IMG/VR virus record: IMGVR_UViG_3300021139_001059
Origin: an uncultured virus (IMG/VR IMGVR_UViG_3300021139_001059)
Lineage: Duplodnaviria; Heunggongvirae; Uroviricota; Caudoviricetes
DNA: 20,000 bases
Reading direction: 5' to 3' (one strand)
Shown here: one piece after another, positions 10,601-17,694 of the stretch
Numbering within the stretch: position 1 is the stretch's first letter
How the letters are laid out: each line of letters starts with the position of its first letter
Notes under the pieces: generated by a model
Database searches by the model: none
Told to the model about the DNA's origin: nothing
What the model saw: the letters and a program-made list of their open reading frames with translations, nothing else
Made by a program: the position numbers and the translations under genes

Positions 10601-11328
10601 CGATGAGAGACATCGGTAAGTTAGATAATCGTATCAGTGATCTTGAATACTATCAGTCATTAACTCTATTGCAACAAAAAGCTAAGAACACAGGTGTTAC
10701 TGATGCTAATGGTTTAGATCGCTTTAAAAACGGCATTTTCGTAGATCCGTTTGATGACTTTACAAACTCAGACGTAGCAAATCCTGAATATAGTATCGCT
10801 ATTGATTCTAAGAAAAGTATTGCTAGACCTAAGTTTATTAGTGAAGTCATTAGTATGAATTTTAACACTTCTGCTTCTTCAAATTGGCAGAAAACGGGTC
10901 GTGTTCTTTCATTACCATATTCTAATACAACACTTATTCAGCAGCCATACGCTACTAAATATAGATCATCAGCCCATGTTGCTTCTGCATGGAATGGTAC
11001 TTTAACTTTGATGCCTGGATATAGTAACAACATCGATACTAATAACACAGCATCGGTAAGCATTACACAAAATAATGCTACTCCTTGGCAGCAATTTGCT
11101 AATACGCCGTTTGGATCTATATGGGGTGCATGGCAAACTACTTCAAATGTTACAAGTTATCAAGTTCAAACTGGTACTGCGAACGTGTATAATTATGAAG
11201 GTGGTTATGGTGCAAACCTTGGTGCATTAATACAACAATTTTCTGCTCAAGGCTATCAGATTGGTAGAACGACAAATTCATGGTATACAAATCCATTATA
11301 TCCAGATGGTTGGACACAAGCAAGTTAA
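7618..11328 (+). CDS. VrlC/DUF4815-type large baseplate/virion structural protein, N-terminal part
   Basis: NLNVSPYYDDYD....YYRILFRPG.AVQARELTQIQSI.QNQIE.FG; L.DNA.G..N..APGAHRLK; R.YEE.GNY.V.PF; N.RYTMRDIGKLD.RI..LEYY.SL.LL; G.DRFKNG.FVDPF. Confidence 0.85.
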   Translation: MPLSTNLNVSPYYDDYDANNQYYRILFRPGTAVQARELTQIQSIIQNQIESFGNWAFQNGDVVSGCSISDVPQQPFVYLADAQTNSASINLSNLVNTQLVSVSSNLQARVIATNQGLAANYPNTNILYIKYLNTGTSGQTIFSPNETLDIYNIPANGIIATINTFSNSAGQVATGNAHGITVSEGVVYLSGEFVKVLNPTFGIVNAYGTQAGNSVVGFQLVESIVTENQDPSLLDNALGYSNENAPGAHRLKLIPTLVALDPETASATSGFNPIAKYSFGSLVSKTQATSNLYSIVGDAIAQRIYEEAGNYVVNPFVVDTISTLPSVTTINSNAVLGRVSPGVGYAEGSRVELLKTAYIPIRRGVDTQVYKQAQITFNYGGYYTLNEVSGTFPFTTAQSVDLYNTAQGSVTNRTFGLTSPSGTKIGNAQIRCFSFNGGNPGTNTASYNLHLFNIKLANGYNTDQVKSVYYGGTTPGVGDVTSNGLVSASTKDQLYTFGTSGLKNLRDAANNNNTEYVYRTVNTSATMLANGYTSVTLAASATGGVDILPYGNTGSVPLNSQDGATFILIAQANSQTTSLPGTVAVTTTANTVTGTGTYFTNNFSVGNILKVGTENRIVTSISNNTYLSIDVPFSVANASANYYEFLPQGKIIPIYETGGTGQNGVYITNSTNFSIHTNFTLSGTTPVTVMYDVLRTSVVPASKVIKKDRFVKIQANTNGQPLGPYCLGYSDVHQVKKIYGSADGSYTTSGVDLTSAFSFDPGQKDTHYGYGYIYPTGAYNPTAYPYLLVQLDYFAANTSAGSGFFTVESYPIDDANTANTNAIQTRNIPLYVDESGTNRWLRDYIDFRIPSVPTANDTGVCNTSNATSVTTAISYASVNPSNSVNLSIPAGGLNTPSYGRNFQADYTTYLPRKDLVLITPDTTLKIKEGLSSQSPQTPLYPDNAMALAVVNIPPYPSLASDEVDADRITNQNSISLIRDTSTAMSVSIVTNRRYTMRDIGKLDNRISDLEYYQSLTLLQQKAKNTGVTDANGLDRFKNGIFVDPFDDFTNSDVANPEYSIAIDSKKSIARPKFISEVISMNFNTSASSNWQKTGRVLSLPYSNTTLIQQPYATKYRSSAHVASAWNGTLTLMPGYSNNIDTNNTASVSITQNNATPWQQFANTPFGSIWGAWQTTSNVTSYQVQTGTANVYNYEGGYGANLGALIQQFSAQGYQIGRTTNSWYTNPLYPDGWTQAS

Positions 11329-11340
11329 TCGGAGACTAAG

Positions 11341-14040
11341 TTGACCGCAGTTTTAACACAATATACAACAGACGTCGAAACATCCAATAGAACTGGTATA
11401 CAACTAAATGTTGATACGAGCAATACTACACAAACTATTGGTAACTTCGTCACTGATGTCTCTATTCAACCATATATCGCTTCGACTATAGTGTCGTTTT
11501 ATGCAGTGAATATGCGTCCTGGACAAACTGTTCATGCATTCTTTGATAGTGTATTAGTAGATCAATATTGTGCTCCTGGTACTCCAGCGCCGTTCTCAGT
11601 AATACCTGGAGTAACTGGAGGGTATCAATTTGATACTTCTTCAAATGCTGGTATCGCTAAAACTGGTAAATGGGGTGATCCTCTAGTCGCTGATCAATAT
11701 GGTAGAGTGTTTGGTCAATTTAACATTCCACCGGGTCAATTTAAAACGGGCGATCGTGTATTCGAATTAGCTGATACGACTAATCTTACTTTGGGTGCAG
11801 ACGCTCTAACTACTAAAGCGACAGCTACGTTTACAGCGTCTAATTTGAGTGTAACAAAAGAAAATGTTACTATGACGACGGTCAACCCGTCAATTTCTTA
11901 TGTTCCTGTTTCTCAGACTGTAGTCAATACGACTTATTCAAATTCTTCTATCAATCTTCCTGACATTGTTAACATCGACGTCACACACGAACCTATCGCT
12001 CAGGGTCTAACGATCGTGACACCAGATGGTTCTGCAGGCGTTTATGCTACTTCTATCGACTTATTCTTTAAACAGAAGTCACATCTTGGTAATCATGGTG
12101 CAACACTTTGGCTAACTGAAATCAATAATGGTTATCCAGATGGCACTAAAGTTTTACCGTTTTCTACAGTTCACGTAGTAGATTCTCAGATCAATGTCAG
12201 TGCAGATGCTTCAGTAGCTACTAACTTTGCTTTCGAGTCACCGATATTCTTAAACAATAACACAGAATATGCATTCGTATTGATGCCAGACGGTAACGAT
12301 CCTGACATCTGGGTATATAGCGCAGCTCTTGGTGATACTGACATCAAGTCTGGTATTCAAGTTTATAGTCAACCAGTAACGGGTACGGCTTTCTACGGTG
12401 CTACTACAAATGAATGGACTGCTCTTCAGACTGAATATATTAAGTTCAATCTTAATATCGCATCTTTCAATGTAGGACAGGGTGACTTATATTTCAACAA
12501 TGATCAAACAGACTATCTGACTGTTCAAAACATTACTTTCTTAAATGCAAATACTACTGTTCTTCCAGGAGATATTGTCTATCAGTCAACTAATTCGACT
12601 GTATCGACTGCAAATCTGCAAGTTTTTGGTCAGTTGACATCATACGATAATACAAGAAACATATTGTATGTGGGTCAGTCAAACGGTGGATTCACTTCTA
12701 ATTCATACTATCAAGTTCATAGATTCACTAACGCTACAGTTCAAGTATCACCTGGTCCTAATACGACTACACTTATAGCTTATGGTAATACTGGTGTCAT
12801 CTACAATCCAGTTGTAGATTCTATTGTAGGTCAGTTTGCTACGCTTACACCTGCTGGTACTTCTATTTCTTTCGACTATAAGGGTATAAGCAACAACTAC
12901 TTGGCTGACACGACAGCTAATTTCTTGACACCTGGTATCGAAACAGATATGTTCGATAAAGAAAGAATAGTTGCGAGTTTCTCTAATGAACAGGCTAATT
13001 ATAGTAATAACAGATCATTGACAGTACACGCTCATTTTGCTACTGACTCTGCTTTCATTTCACCTATCATCGATCTTGTAAAGAAGAACGATTTAGTCAT
13101 CGCTAATCAGGTCGATCCCGTAAGTTTCATCTATAATGAATACTATAACAACGGTTCTTCTAAGTCTAAATATATTTCACAGCTCGTAACTCTAGCCGCT
13201 GGACAAGACTCACAAGACTTACAAATACATTTGACAGCGCATAGATCTCCGGGCACTGACATTAAAGTGTATGCAAAATTCTTGAACAGTGAAGATCTTG
13301 ATCCTATTACTGCTAAGACATGGACACCCTTATATAATCTTGGAAGTGCTTTCTATAACGATCCAAGCAATCCAAACGATGTCGGCGAATACATATTCCA
13401 GACATATCCTGGTTATGGTCTTACATCTACAACAGGAACTATTACTGCTAACTCGACTTTAGGCAATACTGTGCAGGGAACCGGTACTAATTTTGGTACA
13501 GATGTTCAAGTCGGTTGGTGGATCAATATGGCTGCTAACACGACTTATTCTGAAACAGCACGTCAAGTCGTTGCAATTCAAAATACTACATCATTGACTA
13601 TCAATGCACCTTTTGGTACTAACTACACAACAAATGCTTATTATGTTGTACCGCCTCCAACGACTGCTTGGTTAGCTAATACTTCGTCTATTCAGTTGAC
13701 AGGAAACGTTACTGTAAATACAGCAACTAATGCTATCATCGGTAATGGTACAACGTTCCAAACATTAGTACCGGGTCAAATCATTTTTGCTGCCGGTGAT
13801 TCGCAGGCTATCGTATCGATTGCCAACTCTACATATCTAACTGTGGGTACACCTTGGTCAGCAAATGCAACTGGTGCAAACGTGTTCTTAAACAGCACTG
13901 GTGGCGTATCATACTTAAATAATTCAAACAGCATATTCACTACATTTAATAGATTCCAGATCAAAGTGATTTTACAATCTAATAATAGTGCTCAAGTTCC
14001 TCTATTACAGGATTTGAGAGCTCTTGCAATGCAGCTATAA
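11341..14040 (+). CDS. VrlC/DUF4815-type protein, C-terminal part (TTG start)
   Basis: RTG......GNFV.DVSI.PYI....V.F.A..MRP....AFFD...V..YC; EPIAQ; G.Y.TSIDLFF..K; T.F.F.SPI.L....EYAFVL; C-terminal F..F.IK.IL.S.N...VP...DLRA.A. GGAG ribosome-binding site at 11331-11334. Confidence 0.8.
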   Translation: MTAVLTQYTTDVETSNRTGIQLNVDTSNTTQTIGNFVTDVSIQPYIASTIVSFYAVNMRPGQTVHAFFDSVLVDQYCAPGTPAPFSVIPGVTGGYQFDTSSNAGIAKTGKWGDPLVADQYGRVFGQFNIPPGQFKTGDRVFELADTTNLTLGADALTTKATATFTASNLSVTKENVTMTTVNPSISYVPVSQTVVNTTYSNSSINLPDIVNIDVTHEPIAQGLTIVTPDGSAGVYATSIDLFFKQKSHLGNHGATLWLTEINNGYPDGTKVLPFSTVHVVDSQINVSADASVATNFAFESPIFLNNNTEYAFVLMPDGNDPDIWVYSAALGDTDIKSGIQVYSQPVTGTAFYGATTNEWTALQTEYIKFNLNIASFNVGQGDLYFNNDQTDYLTVQNITFLNANTTVLPGDIVYQSTNSTVSTANLQVFGQLTSYDNTRNILYVGQSNGGFTSNSYYQVHRFTNATVQVSPGPNTTTLIAYGNTGVIYNPVVDSIVGQFATLTPAGTSISFDYKGISNNYLADTTANFLTPGIETDMFDKERIVASFSNEQANYSNNRSLTVHAHFATDSAFISPIIDLVKKNDLVIANQVDPVSFIYNEYYNNGSSKSKYISQLVTLAAGQDSQDLQIHLTAHRSPGTDIKVYAKFLNSEDLDPITAKTWTPLYNLGSAFYNDPSNPNDVGEYIFQTYPGYGLTSTTGTITANSTLGNTVQGTGTNFGTDVQVGWWINMAANTTYSETARQVVAIQNTTSLTINAPFGTNYTTNAYYVVPPPTTAWLANTSSIQLTGNVTVNTATNAIIGNGTTFQTLVPGQIIFAAGDSQAIVSIANSTYLTVGTPWSANATGANVFLNSTGGVSYLNNSNSIFTTFNRFQIKVILQSNNSAQVPLLQDLRALAMQL

Positions 14041-14041
14041 A

Positions 14042-14254
14042 ATGAACAATAAATATATCAAGACGGATGTCGATGGTTTAGTAAAAGATCCAGTTTCAGG
14101 AGCAATCTTGAACATAGACAATACTAAACTAGCGGCATACAAAAAACAAAAAAGAGCGTTTGAAATAGCTCAGAATACTACTCAAAGGTTGGATAAACTG
14201 GAGGGTGATATGTCTGAAATTAAACAGATGCTACAACTGTTGTTAAAGAGATAG
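14042..14254 (+). CDS. Small conserved hypothetical protein with a C-terminal coiled coil
   Basis: LVKD..SGAILN.D...Y...K....RLDKLEGDMSEIKQML..L pattern, which I recall following VrlC-type genes in T4-like phages. Start re-assigned to the ATG at 14042. Confidence 0.75.
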   Translation: MNNKYIKTDVDGLVKDPVSGAILNIDNTKLAAYKKQKRAFEIAQNTTQRLDKLEGDMSEIKQMLQLLLKR

Positions 14255-14260
14255 GCTTAA

Positions 14261-14839
14261 ATGACCGCCGCAGTACAAAATACACTCACGACAAACTCTT
14301 TCGACTTCTGGCGAAATCGTACTAACGAGCTCGCTTATGCAATGTCGACTCTTGCGGTAACTGTCAATTCTAATACTGCTGTCGGCAACGCTGCTATTAC
14401 GGGTACCTTTACTGCCAACGTATTGACTATTTCAAACGGTTCAATATCAGCTAATATCTCTGTACCCACTGCAGCTCAACAGTCTAATAAACAATACTAT
14501 CCAAATGCTAATGGTACTTGGACTTATATTCCTATCAGTAACAATATAACAGTTACTTCGGGTACGAGTCCAGCAGTAATTGACTACTGGCTTATAGCAT
14601 CATGGAACACTGCAGAATATTTAGTATCTGTTATCGATAATAATGCTAATAACTTCTATTCTGCAAAATTGATAGTAACACATGACACTGGTTCGGGTTA
14701 CATTACAGAATATGCATCTTTCTTGTCTAATAGTGCTATAGGTGTGTTTTCTGCTACTACTAATACGACAGCTGCAATTTTGAATTTTACGCCTACATCA
14801 TCTAATACTACTGTTAAGTTCTCTAGGGTTCTTATCTAA
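14261..14839 (+). CDS. Virion structural protein (putative baseplate-fibre connector)
   Basis: N-terminal T.SFD.WR.RTNEL motif and a C-terminal AEYLV......L.V.HD....Y.TEYA beta-sandwich of the kind seen in cyanomyophage-type structural proteins. Confidence 0.65.
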   Translation: MTAAVQNTLTTNSFDFWRNRTNELAYAMSTLAVTVNSNTAVGNAAITGTFTANVLTISNGSISANISVPTAAQQSNKQYYPNANGTWTYIPISNNITVTSGTSPAVIDYWLIASWNTAEYLVSVIDNNANNFYSAKLIVTHDTGSGYITEYASFLSNSAIGVFSATTNTTAAILNFTPTSSNTTVKFSRVLI

Positions 14840-15171
14840 TGGCTACGAAAGCTAACTTAATAATTGATCAGGGATCTACTTATAGCACTGACATCTATCT
14901 TGTAGATGACAACGGCGATTCTTTGCTCGTGAACGATTATACAGTAGCTTCACAGATGAGAAAGACTTATACTTCTCTTAATGCTATTAGTTTTTCAACT
15001 TCAACTAATGCATCTATTGGTACTATTACTTTGTCTTTGACTGCAAATCAATCAGGCGCTATTCCGGCTGGTAGATATGTCTATGACGTAGAACTGACAG
15101 ACATATACACTGGCACAGTCTCACGTGTCGTGGAAGGTATAGTTACAGTAACACCTCAAGTAACGAGGTAA
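14839..15171 (+). CDS. Conserved Ig-like/BppU-N-like virion protein
   Basis: ANL.IDQG..Y.......ASQMRK.Y.S....F.......G.I.LSLTA.Q......GRYVYDVE.......V.RVVEG.VTV.P.VTR. Start overlaps the upstream stop (TAATG). Confidence 0.75.
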   Translation: MATKANLIIDQGSTYSTDIYLVDDNGDSLLVNDYTVASQMRKTYTSLNAISFSTSTNASIGTITLSLTANQSGAIPAGRYVYDVELTDIYTGTVSRVVEGIVTVTPQVTR

Positions 15172-15174
15172 AAA

Positions 15175-15414
15175 ATGCCGGTCACTATAGTAGCCAAAGT
15201 CAACAGTACAGGGGTGATAAACACACAGAACCCTGTGACTATAAAGAATACACCAACTGTCATGACGGGCAATGCTCATCTGAGAGTGGAAGAATTGACC
15301 AATGTGGTCGCAAACAACGAAGTGGACGGGGGAACTCTAGTTTATAATGCTAATACAGGAACTTGGTCGGTTCAACCGATCACGGTTACGGTCTTTGATG
15401 GTGGTTCTTTCTAA
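15175..15414 (+). CDS. Small virion protein, putative fibre adaptor ending in FDGGSF
   Basis: 79-aa ORF with a GAGG RBS upstream. Carries an L..V.......G.TLVYN..TG.W fibre-type motif and a terminal DGGSF. Confidence 0.65.
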   Translation: MPVTIVAKVNSTGVINTQNPVTIKNTPTVMTGNAHLRVEELTNVVANNEVDGGTLVYNANTGTWSVQPITVTVFDGGSF

Positions 15415-15424
15415 TCTCAGTTCA

Positions 15425-15432
15425 TATAAATA
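15425..15432 (+). promoter_or_regulatory. T4-type late (gp55-dependent) promoter
   Basis: Exact TATAAATA consensus in the 46-nt intergenic gap, upstream of the GAGGA RBS and the ATG at 15461. Confidence 0.85.
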
Positions 15433-15460
15433 AGAAAAATAACATAGAGGATCACCAGTA

Positions 15461-17437
15461 ATGGCAAACCTGATTCAGATAAAAAGAAGTAATACCGCTT
15501 CTACACCGGCAAATACGCTGAACGGCGGTGAGCTCGCGTATTCTTATAACAGTAACTCGCTCTTCATTGGTGCTCAGACAGGCACTTCAGCTGCTGGCTT
15601 CAAAATCGGTGGTTGGAAGTATAACTATCTCGATCAGGTAGGTAATCCAGGTGTTCAGACAGCTAATGCTGTAGTCATTCTAGATGCCAATTCTTATACG
15701 ACTAATGTGTTTACTCAGGGCTTGGTTATCCAGACTTCTGGATCTCTAGCTACTCCCTTTATCAATTCTATTTCAAATACTGCTAACTCTACTCAGCTTG
15801 GTTCTATTGGTAGTTTAGGATCTGGTAACGAACTCGTTACGACTTCAGCTCTCGTAACATACATTGCTGGTAGAACCGGTGCGGCTGTCGGTGCTAACGG
15901 CCAGTTACTCTTCAACAACTCTGGTATCGTTACAAGCACTGCAACTATTTCTTACGACTATACTACAGGTGCGATCAGCATCGGTAACACATCTGTAAAC
16001 GTACAGATCGGTTACGTTTCTGGTGGCGGTCAACAGATGCAACATTGGCATGGTAATGCCAATACATATATGCAAGTTCAGATGACTAACGGTAATACTG
16101 GTTCATCTGCTTCTACAGACTATATCATAAATGCCGATAACTATACTGACTCATCTAACTACGTCGACCTTGGTATCAACGGTTCTGGTTGGTCAAATAC
16201 ACAATGGACTATCAACGGTGCAGATGACGGTTACTTATATGCTGCTAACGGTACGATGGCTATTGGTACTGCTTCAGCAAAGCCAGTTCAATTTTTCACG
16301 AACGGTACATTAAGCACTAACGAAGTAATGCGTATCGATGCTGGCGCTAACGTCGGTATTGGTAACACAAATCCAAATGCAAGACTTCAAGTTACTGGTA
16401 CTGCAAACATATCCGGTGCAGTTCGTCTCGGAAGCACGCTGACTGTCGATGGTGTTACAAATCTAAACGGCAACTTGACGATCTCTGCGACGTCGGGTCT
16501 TTATGTCAATGGTTCGTACGGCACTGCAGGTCAAGTTCTTGTTTCGAACGGTTCTGCTCTATATTGGGGCACAGGTACTTCCGGCGCTAATACACAAGTT
16601 CAGTTCAACGATAACGGCGTCGCTAACGCTTCTGCTGCTTTCACGTTTAACAAAGTATCAAATACTCTCACTGTAGCTAACCTCGTAACGACTGCTTCAT
16701 CAAACGTAGTCAATACAACACTTTCTGGTACTTTCACTAACGTTACATCGACGACTACAACGATCGGTGGTACTACAACAACGTTGTCTTCAAACGTAAC
16801 GATCAATGCCGCCAGCATTCAAGCTACATCGTCTACTTTCAACGTACAAAACGTTAACGTATCTGGTAACCTCGTAGTTTCAGGTTCTCTGACAGCTATC
16901 GATTCTAACATCCTAACCGTAAAAGATAACTTTGTTCAGTTAGGCGATCAGCAAGCTAATACGACTACATTTTTAGATTCTATCGATACTGGTTTGTTTG
17001 TTCATACAGGTAATACATCTGTAGGCTACTATTCTGGTTTTGCTCGTATCGCTTCAGGATCTACTAATACAAATCCTCTGTTCAAGTTGTTCTCAACTAC
17101 TGTCGCTGTTAATACAACTACAGTAGATACGGGTGCGACTCTTGGTACTTTACAAGCTTATTTGAATTCAAGTGCTTTAGTATCAAACAGCACAGTCGTT
17201 AATATCACCGCTAATTCTTCAGTATCAGTAGCTCTCGTTGCTAACTCGTTGACTCTCACGACACCTCTCGCCGCCGTCTATGGTGGTACTGGTCAAAACA
17301 CATATTCATCAGGCGATATCTTGGTAGCTAATACTGGTAACGTATTAAACAAGCTTTCACTTGGCACAGCGGGTTATATTCTTCAATCAAACGGAAGTGC
17401 GCTAGTCTACTCGCCTCTCGACGGTGGTACTTTCTAA
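15461..17437 (+). CDS. Tail fibre protein 1 (proximal-type segment, ends in LDGGTF)
   Basis: N-terminus IQIKRS....P...L..GELA resembles the T4 gp37 N-terminus. Contains EVMRID..NVGIGNTNP..LQVTG, GNL.V.G...IDS..L.VKDN...L, and two GTAG.VL.SNGS motifs. Confidence 0.85.
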   Translation: MANLIQIKRSNTASTPANTLNGGELAYSYNSNSLFIGAQTGTSAAGFKIGGWKYNYLDQVGNPGVQTANAVVILDANSYTTNVFTQGLVIQTSGSLATPFINSISNTANSTQLGSIGSLGSGNELVTTSALVTYIAGRTGAAVGANGQLLFNNSGIVTSTATISYDYTTGAISIGNTSVNVQIGYVSGGGQQMQHWHGNANTYMQVQMTNGNTGSSASTDYIINADNYTDSSNYVDLGINGSGWSNTQWTINGADDGYLYAANGTMAIGTASAKPVQFFTNGTLSTNEVMRIDAGANVGIGNTNPNARLQVTGTANISGAVRLGSTLTVDGVTNLNGNLTISATSGLYVNGSYGTAGQVLVSNGSALYWGTGTSGANTQVQFNDNGVANASAAFTFNKVSNTLTVANLVTTASSNVVNTTLSGTFTNVTSTTTTIGGTTTTLSSNVTINAASIQATSSTFNVQNVNVSGNLVVSGSLTAIDSNILTVKDNFVQLGDQQANTTTFLDSIDTGLFVHTGNTSVGYYSGFARIASGSTNTNPLFKLFSTTVAVNTTTVDTGATLGTLQAYLNSSALVSNSTVVNITANSSVSVALVANSLTLTTPLAAVYGGTGQNTYSSGDILVANTGNVLNKLSLGTAGYILQSNGSALVYSPLDGGTF

Positions 17438-17470
17438 TCTATTTCTAGTAGATGATGGATCTATTATATC

Positions 17471-17671
17471 ATGAATGCAGATATTGTAAATGTTTATATT
17501 GAAAAACTATTAAACGAAGTAGTTGAGTTAACCAAGAATAGAATCTTGTTATTAACTCAACTACAAGTTGCTGAGCAGACTGCTGAATCTCTCAGAAAAG
17601 AATTAGAAAACTTGGAAGCGCGCTTAAATAAGAAAGCGATCAAGCAACAAAAAGATGAAGCCTTCGACTAG
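17471..17671 (+). CDS. Small coiled-coil protein, possible fibre assembly chaperone
   Basis: 66 aa with a heptad pattern of Leu/Glu/Lys, lying between two fibre genes. The function is inferred from position only. Confidence 0.6.
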   Translation: MNADIVNVYIEKLLNEVVELTKNRILLLTQLQVAEQTAESLRKELENLEARLNKKAIKQQKDEAFD

Positions 17672-17694
17672 ATAGTCGACACGAGGGAGGCCAC

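Noticed and set aside
11326..11328. Stop-codon reassignment (alternative genetic code) as the explanation for the in-frame stop
   Set aside because: TAA is the normal terminator of most genes here and TAG also ends genes (1652, 14254, 17671). Coding density is already near complete under the standard code.
7618..14040. Intron or intein at or near the VrlC split
   Set aside because: The gap is only 12 nt, and no homing endonuclease or intein splice motifs (C/S...HN-C/S/T) were recognised.
1338..14041. ORF-track starts at 1338 and 14024
   Set aside because: Both overlap the upstream gene unnecessarily. The ATGs at 1365 and 14042, one base after the upstream stops, fit the coupling pattern of this operon.
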